A stretch of DNA of 64,000 nt from an uncultured Acidobacteriota bacterium. GTDB lineage: Bacteria > Acidobacteriota > Thermoanaerobaculia > Multivoradales > UBA5704. Both the position numbers and the translations under genes were made by a program. The stretch spans positions 1,751,836 to 1,815,835 of the forward strand of contig CAWCIU010000008.1 in assembly GCA_963795735.1 (NCBI GenBank), written 5' to 3'. A model generated the notes under the pieces. That model was not told where the DNA came from. It worked only from the letters and a program-made list of their open reading frames with translations, and searched no databases. This document shows positions 26,572 through 35,848 of the stretch, in pieces. Position 1 is the stretch's first letter. Every line of letters begins with the position of its first letter.

Positions 26572-29500
26572 TCAGGGCGAGTCTCTGCCGAGGACCTCCC
26601 TCCAGGCGCTCTGGATGAGCCTCCTCGCCCCGGGACCCTCGCAGCAGATGGAGGCTTCGTAGCGTTGATAGCGATCCCCTTCATCCCGGACCGCCGACAG
26701 CCAGTTGAACGAGCCTTCCACGATCCAGTGGTCATCGACCGCGAGGGTCTTGCTGTGCATCCGGTTGGAGGCCACGACTTCGGCGCCGGCTTGCCGGAGC
26801 CCCTCCGCAGCCTTCAACGCCGAGGCTTTACGCACACCCTGGTTCAGGTCCACCGAATACACCACGCAGACCTGGACTCCCCGTGACCGGGCAGCTCCGA
26901 CCGCCTCCGGGATGCCGTCCGCTTCGAGAGCTCTCTCCGTGAGGAAGGGAGAGACGACGAGGACCCGGTCGGTGCTCCGGGTGAGGGCGCGGCTCAACAT
27001 CTCCCGATGACCCGCCAGGGTCGAGATGCGGTTCGTATCCTCCATGCCGACCAGATGCTGGGCGGCTTCCACGTCGGTGATCTCATGGTCCGGAGATTCG
27101 AACAGGAACCGGCCCAGCAGGCCGGAAGGCAGATGGGGCTTGTTCCTGTCGAACAGGCGGAGATCTCCGAAGACCAGGAACGAGTCCTTGGCCCTGGAGG
27201 CGGCGACGTTCAGCAGGTTCGGGCCCGCGTCGAAGAACAGGCGGTGAGGAATCTTCTGGGTCGAGGCGAGCGAATAGACCGGCGAGAAGAGCACGACCGG
27301 GCTCTCCGCTCCCTGAAAGGTATGGACGGTTCCCGCTTTGATTGCGGGCAGCCCCTGGGCCTTGAACGCGCCGGCCAGCACCCATCTCTGGGCGGCGAAC
27401 GGAGTGATGACGGCCACGATCCTCTCGATCGGGGCTTCATAGTGCCGTTCAAGATCGTCGCGATGGCGAGCGAGCCAGTCAGCGATCGCTCGGGCCTCTC
27501 CCGGGTTGCGGCGGCTTCCGGAAGAAATCTCTTCGGGCGAAGTGATATGGGCCCAGCCGAGAGGAGGCAGAATCCTCTCCTGCTTCGACGGCCTGAGAGG
27601 CCGGAGACGGTTCTTGTAGACCAGCTCGTTGCAGTACCGGATGATTTCCGGCACGCAGCGCCGGTGCTCGCCGAGGAACAGTCCCCGATCGTCCTCGCGG
27701 GTGACGGCGGTGGCGCGGCGGGCCATCAACATCAGGCTGCCCCGCGAAGCCCGGTGGGCGATCGCGTCCTCGCCGCCGTCCAGATCGGTCTCGAGACCGG
27801 CTTTGCGCAGATTCGCCGTGTCGATGGACGGACCGATCCCCCAGACCGGCTCGATCTGATGGAGATCCCCCACCACCAGTCCCCGCTTGGCCAGGGAGAA
27901 GGCGGCCGCTCCCACCTCCGGCGTCACCTGGCCGGCCTCGTCGACGATCAGGAGATCCAGGAAGTCGAACATCGGCACGTTCCGTTCCCGTCCTGGATCG
28001 AAGGAATCGAAGACCTTCGGCGACCGGTGGATCGTCGCGACGAGGCAAGGAGTGAGCTTGGCGAACCGCCGGAAGCGCTCTTCGCAGGCGGAACGGCTCC
28101 GGCGGTCCAATCTCTGGTCCGAGGCGAGCAGGCGCTCCATCTCCAGCAGCCATCGGCCCTCCCAGTACCGGCCCGCGAGCAGAAACAGCCGGTGGCGCGG
28201 TCCGCAGTCCAGCAGGTCCAGAATCAATTCGGGTCTCTCCAGGGCCTCTTTGCCGAGAGCCTGGAAATCCGATCGGTTGTCCTGGAGCTCCTCGACACGG
28301 GCGGCGAAGCGCGCCTCCAGCTCCTGCCACGGGCGGAGCTCGGGGATCTGGGATTTCAACGCATCCAGGGTTTTCCGCAGCGCATCGAGGAGGCTCCGCG
28401 CCCCGTCCGGACCGTGCACGGGCGGCGGCTCACGGCGGCGGCGAAGGAACGGCATCGAGAGATGGCGGTCCCGGTGCCGGCGGACCGGCGGCAGGAAGGC
28501 CAGCAGGTTCGTCCAGAGGGGGATGGCGCCCTCCGCCGCCAGGACCTCATCGTACAGGGCCGCCTCCTCGGCCATCCGAGCTTCCAGGGATTCGCGATCC
28601 TGGTCGATGCGCCGCCGGGCCTCCTCGGTCCCGAGGCAGCCATACCGTGTCCGCCATGCCTGGACCTCGCGAGCCTCTCCGATGCAAGCCGCGAGCTCGC
28701 CCTGGACCGCGACCAGCCGCTCCTGAAGGTGACGCACGATCTCCTTCACGGAGCCGCAGCGTTCCCGCGGCAGAACGGTCCGCGCCCGGGTGACGAAAAA
28801 GGCTTCGGCGCGCTCGACGTAGGCCCGGTTCTCCATCGACTCCGGCAGCCCCCGCCAGGGATTGCCCGGGAAGGCCTGTTGATATTTCGCCTCCTTGAAC
28901 TTGTCGGCGGAAGGGAGGTGCAGCCCATAGGCGCCGAGGTCCGGCAGCCAGCGCTCGGCCAAGGGGTCGCTCCCCTCGCAGGCGGCCGCGGCGAAGCTCT
29001 CCAGGATGTTGGTCACCGCCTGGTTGTTGGTGGAGCAGGCGAAGATGACGGGAGGCTCTCGATCGCCCAGGGCCGCTTCGACCCAGAGGGAGGCCACGAC
29101 GCTTTGCAAGAGCGTGGTCTTGCCGGTGCCGGGCGGACCGTTGACCGCCAGAATCCGGCCTGCGGCAAGCGGCAGCGCGCAATGGATCGCCTGCCTTTGC
29201 GAGGGGCTCAAGGGGAAGGATCTTCCCATCTGCCCGCAGTGTCTCGTCGCCAACGTCTCACGGCCCAGGTCGTGGGCCGAGGGGGCCGCCGCGGGCTCCT
29301 CGGCCGCTGCGAAGCTCCCAAGGAGTCGTGGAGTGGAGTCCCGGCCCAGCACCTCGTCGTAGAGCTCGATGAGGGGCCTGCCCACTCCTTTCTCGTCCTT
29401 CCAGAGCAGGACGACTCCCTGTTGATCCAGCACCCTGAAACCGTCCAGGACCAGGGCGGACGGTACGCAGTGCGCGACGGCCTGAAGCATCTGGCTCGCA

Positions 29501-30018
29501 TACCGGCGCACGCTCGTCCAATCCGCGGCTTCCGGCGGGGCCGTCTCCGTCAGGAACCGGTCGAAATCCGCCAGCGATCCAACGACAGGGCCATCGCCGG
29601 CCATCGGCTCCAGGCACTCCCGGCTCATCCACGGAAGCGCCTGGGGAGACCCTTGCAGGGAGCCGTCGGGAAGGACCAGGGCGGGTATCCAGAGCGGGAA
29701 GTATCTTTTTTTGGCGTCGCCCTTCTGAACGGTTCCGTGCTGAAAATCGCGTGCGATCGTCATGGGAGCGATCAGGATCGGCACGTAGCTCGGCGCGGCG
29801 GGCCTTTCCTCCTGGACGGTCTGCGCCCCGGCGCGAGCGCCCCGCTCGCGTTCCGCGCACCAGAAGATCTTCTGGGTCAGGGCTTGCGGGAGATTGCCGC
29901 CCACGATCTCCAACGGATGAAGAAGAAACGCGCCGTCTTCGCTCACGACGGGCGAGCGCAGGTCCGCGTCGGCAAGGCTGTTGCGCCAGTACCGGATCAG
30001 CGCCCGGGTCCGATCCAT
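26572..30018 (-). CDS. Superfamily-1 (Upf1/DNA2-like, COG1112) helicase fused to C-terminal PLD-family HKD nuclease; Mokosh type II (MkoC)-like candidate defence protein
   Basis: Walker A GPPGTGKTT, LIVDEAGQ, VVGDLHQIEP, TVHTFQGAE, VAASRAKDSFLVFGD. C-terminal HSKTLAVDDHWIVEGSFNWLS HKD motif. Confidence 0.7.
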   Translation of the reverse strand: MDRTRALIRYWRNSLADADLRSPVVSEDGAFLLHPLEIVGGNLPQALTQKIFWCAERERGARAGAQTVQEERPAAPSYVPILIAPMTIARDFQHGTVQKGDAKKRYFPLWIPALVLPDGSLQGSPQALPWMSRECLEPMAGDGPVVGSLADFDRFLTETAPPEAADWTSVRRYASQMLQAVAHCVPSALVLDGFRVLDQQGVVLLWKDEKGVGRPLIELYDEVLGRDSTPRLLGSFAAAEEPAAAPSAHDLGRETLATRHCGQMGRSFPLSPSQRQAIHCALPLAAGRILAVNGPPGTGKTTLLQSVVASLWVEAALGDREPPVIFACSTNNQAVTNILESFAAAACEGSDPLAERWLPDLGAYGLHLPSADKFKEAKYQQAFPGNPWRGLPESMENRAYVERAEAFFVTRARTVLPRERCGSVKEIVRHLQERLVAVQGELAACIGEAREVQAWRTRYGCLGTEEARRRIDQDRESLEARMAEEAALYDEVLAAEGAIPLWTNLLAFLPPVRRHRDRHLSMPFLRRRREPPPVHGPDGARSLLDALRKTLDALKSQIPELRPWQELEARFAARVEELQDNRSDFQALGKEALERPELILDLLDCGPRHRLFLLAGRYWEGRWLLEMERLLASDQRLDRRSRSACEERFRRFAKLTPCLVATIHRSPKVFDSFDPGRERNVPMFDFLDLLIVDEAGQVTPEVGAAAFSLAKRGLVVGDLHQIEPVWGIGPSIDTANLRKAGLETDLDGGEDAIAHRASRGSLMLMARRATAVTREDDRGLFLGEHRRCVPEIIRYCNELVYKNRLRPLRPSKQERILPPLGWAHITSPEEISSGSRRNPGEARAIADWLARHRDDLERHYEAPIERIVAVITPFAAQRWVLAGAFKAQGLPAIKAGTVHTFQGAESPVVLFSPVYSLASTQKIPHRLFFDAGPNLLNVAASRAKDSFLVFGDLRLFDRNKPHLPSGLLGRFLFESPDHEITDVEAAQHLVGMEDTNRISTLAGHREMLSRALTRSTDRVLVVSPFLTERALEADGIPEAVGAARSRGVQVCVVYSVDLNQGVRKASALKAAEGLRQAGAEVVASNRMHSKTLAVDDHWIVEGSFNWLSAVRDEGDRYQRYEASICCEGPGARRLIQSAWREVLGRDSP

Positions 30019-30027
30019 CGCTTCCTC

Positions 30028-31179
30028 CTAGACTTTGTTGGCCTTCAGCTCCGCCAAAGCATAATGCGTCCCGCGCCAATCGATGCCGTCGTTCCAGAGA
30101 GTCAGGACCGTCGCCCGCCAGACGATGTAGAGGAAGAGCAGGGTGGCGACGGGGAAGCCGATGCCGTGCCAGCGGCGCACCCCGGCGAGCGGGGCGTTGA
30201 TCCAGCAGAGTGAGACCAGCACCAGCACGCTCGCCAGGTTCAGCCAGCGCGTGGCCCCGGTGGTCACCAGGATCGCCAGGAACGGCCAGACCAGGAGCGC
30301 GAGCTGGATCACCGTCGCCCGCACCACCACCGAGACCCGGTAATCCACCCCGGAGAAGGCGTTCTTCATCAGCCCCTGGATCAGCTCGCGGACCGAGGCG
30401 TACCACTCCACCCGCAGCATCCCCTGGCCGAAGGCGAATTCTTGGCGGCAGCCGCCGGCCTTGAGGATCTTGCCCAGCTTGAGGTCGTCGTCCGGCCGCA
30501 TGGCGATCGTCCGGTGGCCGCCCACGGCGCGGTAGGCGGAGGCGCGGACCAGGTTGAAGGCGCCGATCCCCACGTGGTGGGGGCTCTTCGGGTCCTTCAC
30601 CTTCCAGGGCCGGGTGAACAGGGCGAAGAAGAGGGCGAAGGCGCCGATGAACATCTCGAACAGGGCGCTCGGCCGGTCGATCTCGGGCGAGGCGGTGAGG
30701 TGGTCGAGCCCGTCCGCCGCCATGGCGCCCACCGCCCGCCGCAGCACCGAGGGCGCCATCACCACGTCGGCGTCGGTGAACAGGAGGAATTCCCCCGTCG
30801 CCTTCTCCGCCCCCAGCCAGAGGGCATGGTTCTTCCCCAGCCATCCCGGCGGCAGCTCGCGCACCCGCACCACCCGCAGCCGCGGCTCCGCCGTCGCCAT
30901 GCGCTCGAGGATCTCCCCCGTGCGATCGGTGGAGCGGTCCTCCACCACCTCGATCTCCAGGTTGTCGTAGTCGAGAGCGAGGACCGAGCGCAGCGCCTCC
31001 TCCAGGTTCCGCTCCTCGTTGCGGGCGGGGATGACGATCGACACCCGCGGCAGGGGGCCCGCCAGCGGCGGCAGGTCCCTCAGGAACCGGATCGACCGGT
31101 TGCCGCGCAGGATCTCGAACGCGGTTGCCAGATGGGCGAGCAGGGTCGCCGCGGCGAGGAGGAGGAGGAACGCGGCCAT
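30028..31179 (-). CDS. family 2 glycosyltransferase
   Basis: SIVIPARNEERNL...DYDNLEIEVVEDRSTD...LFTDAD: GT2 DxD-type signatures. TM segments. Confidence 0.8.
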   Translation of the reverse strand: MAAFLLLLAAATLLAHLATAFEILRGNRSIRFLRDLPPLAGPLPRVSIVIPARNEERNLEEALRSVLALDYDNLEIEVVEDRSTDRTGEILERMATAEPRLRVVRVRELPPGWLGKNHALWLGAEKATGEFLLFTDADVVMAPSVLRRAVGAMAADGLDHLTASPEIDRPSALFEMFIGAFALFFALFTRPWKVKDPKSPHHVGIGAFNLVRASAYRAVGGHRTIAMRPDDDLKLGKILKAGGCRQEFAFGQGMLRVEWYASVRELIQGLMKNAFSGVDYRVSVVVRATVIQLALLVWPFLAILVTTGATRWLNLASVLVLVSLCWINAPLAGVRRWHGIGFPVATLLFLYIVWRATVLTLWNDGIDWRGTHYALAELKANKV

Positions 31180-31288
31180 GGGGCGGTTATCCTATCGTGC
31201 TGGTCCCGCGAAGCTCCCGATCCCGGAGATCGGACGTCGTTTCCGATCCTGGAGATCCGGTCTTCGGAACGGTGCCGGCGCCGCCGGG

Positions 31289-31355
31289 CCCCTCACCTCC
31301 CCGGCCCTCCTCTCCCACCTCCCCCCCTTCCGCCGGGAGAGGAGGGAGTGGTTAG
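31289..31355 (+). repeat. MITE/RPE-like repeat unit, forward copy (ccctcacctccccggccctcctctcccacctcccccccttccgccgggagaggagggagtggttag)
   Basis: Seen directly. Contains the internal hairpin ctcctctccc/gggagaggag. Confidence 0.8.
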
Positions 31356-31358
31356 TCT

Positions 31359-31748
31359 CTAGGAGGAATCGCGGTCGTGGTAAAGGCAGCCCAGGGCGTC
31401 GAGGAGGGCCGCGAGGTCATTCTGGACCTGGTCGTTGGTGAAGCGAAGGACCCGGTAGCCGAGAGCCTCGAGGTTCGCATCCCGATTGACGTCATGCCTG
31501 ATCTGGCGTTCTTCTGTATGAATGCCGCCGTCGATCTCCAGGACAAGCCTCATCTCGTGGCAGAGGAAGTCGGCGACGTAGGGTCCCACGGGAGCCTGCC
31601 GGCGGAATTTCAGGCCGAGGAACCGGCGGTCCCGCAGGTGGTCCCAAAGCATCTCCTCGGCCTGGGTGGAGGCGCGCCGGAGCCCCTTCGCGCGAAGCAC
31701 GGCACCAGGATTGGAAACCCGCACCGCAAAAGTATCCCACAAGCGCAA
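31359..31748 (-). CDS. DUF559 endonuclease-domain protein (Vsr-like fold), cargo of a MITE-like inverted-repeat element
   Basis: MLWDHLRDRRFLGLKFRRQAPVGPYVADFLCHEMRLVLEIDGGIH...LEALGYRVLRFTNDQV matches the DUF559 family. The gene ends 4 bp from repeat A and starts (TTG/GTG) ~7 bp from repeat B. Confidence 0.8.
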   Translation of the reverse strand: MRLWDTFAVRVSNPGAVLRAKGLRRASTQAEEMLWDHLRDRRFLGLKFRRQAPVGPYVADFLCHEMRLVLEIDGGIHTEERQIRHDVNRDANLEALGYRVLRFTNDQVQNDLAALLDALGCLYHDRDSS

Positions 31749-31754
31749 TACCCA

Positions 31755-31821
31755 CTAACCACTCCCTCCTCTCCCGGCGGAAGGGGGGGAGGTGGGAGAG
31801 GAGGGCCGGGGAGGTGAGGGG
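31755..31821 (-). repeat. MITE/RPE-like repeat unit, reverse copy, inverted partner of 31289-31355
   Basis: Reverse complement of the forward unit. Confidence 0.8.
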
Positions 31822-32039
31822 CCCGGCGGCACCGGCGTCGCTCCGGCTTCCTCCCATCTCGGGATCGGAGAAGACCGGCCGGAGAAGACGCGGTCGGAGA
31901 AGACGTGGCCGAGAACACCCGGCCGGAGAAGACCCGGCCAGAGAACCCGGCCGGAGAACACCTGGGAGGTTTCGCGAGCAAAGGCTGATCCTGCCGGCGT
32001 CAGCCCTGCCGGAACGGGGACCGTGCCGGCCGCTCCGGG

Positions 32040-32106
32040 CCCCTCACTCCCCCAGCCCCTCTCTCCCACCTCCCCCCCTTCCGCCGGGAGAGAGGGGAGT
32101 GGTTAG
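32040..32106 (+). repeat. MITE/RPE-like repeat unit, solo forward copy
   Basis: ccctcactcccccagcccctctctcccacctccccccttccgccgggagagaggggagtggttag, just downstream of the ABC permease gene. Confidence 0.75.
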
Positions 32107-32134
32107 AGGGGACTCGAGAAGCGAGGGGCCTCCC

Positions 32135-33205
32135 TCACCGCCAGCGGAAGATCTTCAGCGCCACCGCGAAGCTCACGAGTCCCCAGGCGGCCACGATGGC
32201 GAGCTGTGTGGCAACTCCGGCGAGGCCCCGGCCCTCGGTCATCACCCCGCGCAGGGCCTGGTTGAGGGCGGTCAGCGGCAGCAGATTGATCAGCGGCTGG
32301 ACGGCGTCGGGGAAGCGGTCGGAGGAGAAGAAGACTCCCGAGAGGAGCCACATCGGCATCAGGGTGACGTTGGCGAGGCCGCTCGCTCCCTCGACCGTGG
32401 TCACCCGCGAGGCGATCAGCAGGCCCATGCCGCAGAAGGCCATGGCGCCGAGCAGGCAGATGGCGAGGAACAGCGGGATCGATCCCCGCACCGCGACGCC
32501 GAACAGCCCCCAGCCGATCCCCACCAGGATGAGGATCTCCGGCAGCAGGAAGAGCAGCCGGCCGAGGATCTGCGCCAGCAGGTAGTGGCTGCGGCGCATC
32601 GGCGTCGCCACCAGGCGCTTGAGGATCCGCCGGTTGCGCGCCGTGGTCACCGAGAAGGCGATGCTCCAGATGCCGGTGCCCATCAGGTTCATCCCCAGCA
32701 GGCCGGGGATCAGGAAGTCGATGTAGCGCGAGCCCTTCTCGGTCACCTTCTCGGAGCGCACCTCCACCGGGTCCCGCCGCCCGGCCGCCCGCTGCAGGGC
32801 GTCGCCGGCCTCCAGCCGCGCGATGCGCGAGTCGGGGCGGGTCTCGTCGAAGTGGAAGACCGCCGGCGGCCCCGCCTCCACCAGCAGCGAGATGCGGCCG
32901 GTGCGCAGCGCCTCGCGGCCCGGCACGGGAGCGTAGCGGCGGACGAGGAGCCCGGGAGCGTGCGACAGCGCGGCCATCGCTCTCCCCGCGGCCGGATCGG
33001 TTTCGTTCACCGCCACCACGCCGACCGGGATCTGGTCCGGCCCCTTGGCGCGGAAGGCGAACCCCAGGGCGATCGCCAGCACCATCGGAAAGGCGAAGAC
33101 CCAGAAGACGGCCTCCGGCTCGCGCAGGAACTCCTTCATCTTGGCGGCCGTCAGCTCGAGCAGGGGGGAGTAGCGGCGGCTCATCGTCGGTCCATGGTCA
33201 GTCAA
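32135..33205 (-). CDS. ABC-2 type transporter permease
   Basis: Six TM helices. ABC-2 family pattern. Operonic with the ATPase (4-bp gap). Confidence 0.8.
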   Translation of the reverse strand: MTDHGPTMSRRYSPLLELTAAKMKEFLREPEAVFWVFAFPMVLAIALGFAFRAKGPDQIPVGVVAVNETDPAAGRAMAALSHAPGLLVRRYAPVPGREALRTGRISLLVEAGPPAVFHFDETRPDSRIARLEAGDALQRAAGRRDPVEVRSEKVTEKGSRYIDFLIPGLLGMNLMGTGIWSIAFSVTTARNRRILKRLVATPMRRSHYLLAQILGRLLFLLPEILILVGIGWGLFGVAVRGSIPLFLAICLLGAMAFCGMGLLIASRVTTVEGASGLANVTLMPMWLLSGVFFSSDRFPDAVQPLINLLPLTALNQALRGVMTEGRGLAGVATQLAIVAAWGLVSFAVALKIFRWR

Positions 33206-33208
33206 GGC

Positions 33209-34144
33209 TCAATCCTCTCGCAGCGCCCGGCCGGTGAGGGAGACGAACAGGTCCTCCAGCGTCGCCCGGTGGGTGGAGAGGTTCACCAGCTTCGCCCCCG
33301 AGCCCTCCACCCGGCCGAGCAGCGCCGGCACGGTCTCGGCGAGCGAGTTGACCGGCAGCGACCAGTTCGGCCCCCGCCGGTGCGGCTCGGTCACCCCGGG
33401 GAGGGCGCGCAGGCTGGGCTCGTCGATCTCCGGCTCGGAGGCGAACTCGATGACGTTCGCCGCGTGCAGCGAGCTGATCAGCTCCGGCGGCGTCCCCAGG
33501 GCGATCACCTGGCCGCGGTCGACGATCGCCACCCGGTCGCACAGCCGCTCGGCCTCGTCCATGTAGTGGGTGGTGAGCAGCACCGTGCCCCCCTGGGCGC
33601 GGAAGTCCATCACGATCTGCCAGAGCTGCAGCCGGCTCTGCGGATCGAGCCCGGTGGTCGGCTCGTCGAGGAAGAGCACGTCGGGGTCCCCCACCAGGGC
33701 GCAGGCCACGGCCAGCCGCTGCTTCTGGCCGCCCGAGAGCTTGCCCACCCGGGCGTTGCGTTTCTCGTCGAGGGCGAGCCGGGAGAGCACCTCCTCCGGG
33801 TCCCGCCCCGCGCGGTAGAAGGAGCGGAAGAGGCGGACCGTCTCGCCCACGGTCAGCTTCTCGGTGAGCTGCGTCTCCTGGAGCGAGATGCCGAGCCGCT
33901 CGCGCAGGGAGTCGGCGTCGCGCGCCCAGGTGGTGCCGAGGATCTCCACCTCGCCGGCGTCCGGCAGGGTCAGGCCCTCGAGGATCTCGATGGTGGTCGT
34001 CTTGCCGGCGCCGTTGGGTCCCAGCAGGCCGAAGCACTCGCCGCCGCGCACCTCCAGATCGAGGCCGTTGACCGCCGTCACGTCGGCGTAGCGCTTCACC
34101 AGCCCGCGGCAGCGGACGGCGATGTCGGTTCGTTCAGCTCTCAT
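33209..34144 (-). CDS. ABC transporter ATP-binding protein
   Basis: Walker A GPNGAGKTT, signature LSGGQKQRL, Walker B LFLDEPTTGLD. Confidence 0.9.
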   Translation of the reverse strand: MRAERTDIAVRCRGLVKRYADVTAVNGLDLEVRGGECFGLLGPNGAGKTTTIEILEGLTLPDAGEVEILGTTWARDADSLRERLGISLQETQLTEKLTVGETVRLFRSFYRAGRDPEEVLSRLALDEKRNARVGKLSGGQKQRLAVACALVGDPDVLFLDEPTTGLDPQSRLQLWQIVMDFRAQGGTVLLTTHYMDEAERLCDRVAIVDRGQVIALGTPPELISSLHAANVIEFASEPEIDEPSLRALPGVTEPHRRGPNWSLPVNSLAETVPALLGRVEGSGAKLVNLSTHRATLEDLFVSLTGRALRED

Positions 34145-34182
34145 TTGCCTGGATTGAATAGGCCTTTACGCTGGTTTGTAGA

Positions 34183-34554
34183 TCAAGTGGGCTTGTAGAT
34201 CGCGAGATAAGCGGCCGCGCCGCCCAGCAGGGGGAGCAGCCACCAGAGCAGCGTGCCGAGCTGCGGCGACCGGCGGACCATCACGATGATACCGCCGAGC
34301 ACCAGCCAGATCAGCAGCTTGAGCCAGACCCAGAGCGGCAGGTGCCCCGAATGCATCAGGCCCAGCCGGGCGACCGTCCCGAAGCCGGCCACCAGGACGA
34401 CCAGCAGCGCGATCCCATGCGTCATGCCGGCCAGCTTGCGGCCGTTCCCCCGCTCGATCCCCTCCCGCGAGGCGAGCATCAGCGCCCCCAGCGAGGTGAA
34501 GACGAACAACACCCCGAGCACGTGGATCACTTTGAACGCGGCATAGCTGATCAT
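34183..34554 (-). CDS. small integral membrane protein (4 TM), unknown function
   Basis: MISYAAFKVIHVLGVLFVFTSLGALML... is hydrophobic. The ORF-track upstream extension was rejected. Confidence 0.4.
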   Translation of the reverse strand: MISYAAFKVIHVLGVLFVFTSLGALMLASREGIERGNGRKLAGMTHGIALLVVLVAGFGTVARLGLMHSGHLPLWVWLKLLIWLVLGGIIVMVRRSPQLGTLLWWLLPLLGGAAAYLAIYKPT

Positions 34555-34677
34555 GGCTCCCCTCCCCTCCAGGGCAGAAAGAATGGAGGGATTGTATCCC
34601 GAAGGCGGGGCGGGGCTCCTGGAACGCGGGGTCATCTTGAGGTCGCAATTTGCGACCTCAAGATCGGCGAGATCCCC

Positions 34678-35778
34678 CTACCCCTGCGCCATCAGCTCCA
34701 GCTGCACCAGCCGCATGAAGTCCTGGGCGTTGGTGACCACCCCGAAGGCCTGGTGGGTGCCGCGGTCCTTGAGCTTGCTGACCACGAACTCGGTCTGGTC
34801 CACGCAGATGGTGGTGATCTCCGCCATCGTGCCGTCCGGGCGCAGGCAGAAGGTGGGCAGCATGTTGCCCACGGCGATCGAGTGGAGGGCGGTGGCCACC
34901 ATCACCACCATGGTGGCGTTCACCGTCATCTCGCGCATGGCGGCCTGCGCGTCCAGCGCCGAGGGGATCGTCTCCGGCAGCGGCCCGTCGTCGCGGATCG
35001 AGCCGGCGAGCACGTAGGGGGTCCGGGTGACCGTCAGGGCGTGCATGATCCCCCCGTTGAGCCGTCCGGCGTCCACCAGGGCCTGGATCGATCCCGCCTT
35101 CTTGACCTCGTTGATCGCCCGCATGTGGGTGGCGTGGCCGCCGGCGGTGCCCGAGCCGTCGGCCATCATGCCCAGCGTGGTGCCGTAGAGGGCGGCCTCG
35201 ACGTCGTGCACCCCCACGGCGTTGCCGGTGATCAGGCCGTGGCAGTAGCCGTTGTGGATCAGCCACTCCATGGCGATGCGCCCGCGGGCGTGGACCAGCG
35301 CCGGGCCGATCACCCAGAGGATGTAGCCCTCCTTGCCGCGGTTCTTCACGAACTCGCGGAAGATGGCGTCGTAGTTGACCGGCTTCTCGCGGCTGACCTC
35401 CGAGGACATGAACGCGAACGCCTCGGGGAGCTTGGTGTCGTCCACCTCGCCGAGGAAGCCGCGGTCCCAGACCAGCACCCCCTCCGAGCCGTCCTCGGCG
35501 GTGGCGACGGCCACCAGGTCCCCCTGGCGGACCAGGCGGAACTCCTTGATCAGCAGCCGCTCCGCCGCCGGGTCCCAGACCAGGTGCGAGTCCATCCGGG
35601 GCCGCTCCGGCATCCGCCACTGGCCGCCCACCTTCACATAGGTGGGGTAGTTCGTCGTCGACATGAAGCCGTCCGGCAGCACCGTATCCGCCGGCGAGGG
35701 CTCGAACCGGCACTCGGGAGCGCCGGCGAGGCTCGGCTTGGAGAAGTCGGGTTCTCGATACATGGAATCGTTCCTCAT
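34678..35778 (-). CDS. TIGR00300 / LOR-SDH-like family protein (ornithine cyclodeaminase / arginine dihydrolase-related), function uncertain
   Basis: ILWVIGPALVHARGR...GNAVGVHD...VDAGRLNGGIMHALTV resembles the conserved LOR/SDH N-domain family. Start is ambiguous (35778 or 35763). Confidence 0.45.
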   Translation of the reverse strand: MRNDSMYREPDFSKPSLAGAPECRFEPSPADTVLPDGFMSTTNYPTYVKVGGQWRMPERPRMDSHLVWDPAAERLLIKEFRLVRQGDLVAVATAEDGSEGVLVWDRGFLGEVDDTKLPEAFAFMSSEVSREKPVNYDAIFREFVKNRGKEGYILWVIGPALVHARGRIAMEWLIHNGYCHGLITGNAVGVHDVEAALYGTTLGMMADGSGTAGGHATHMRAINEVKKAGSIQALVDAGRLNGGIMHALTVTRTPYVLAGSIRDDGPLPETIPSALDAQAAMREMTVNATMVVMVATALHSIAVGNMLPTFCLRPDGTMAEITTICVDQTEFVVSKLKDRGTHQAFGVVTNAQDFMRLVQLELMAQG

Positions 35779-35848
35779 CGGGGGTGGGGCGGCGTTGGGA
35801 CCGGCCGGGCGGGATCGTAGCCAAACGGCGGCGGGGGGGCAAGGGCGG

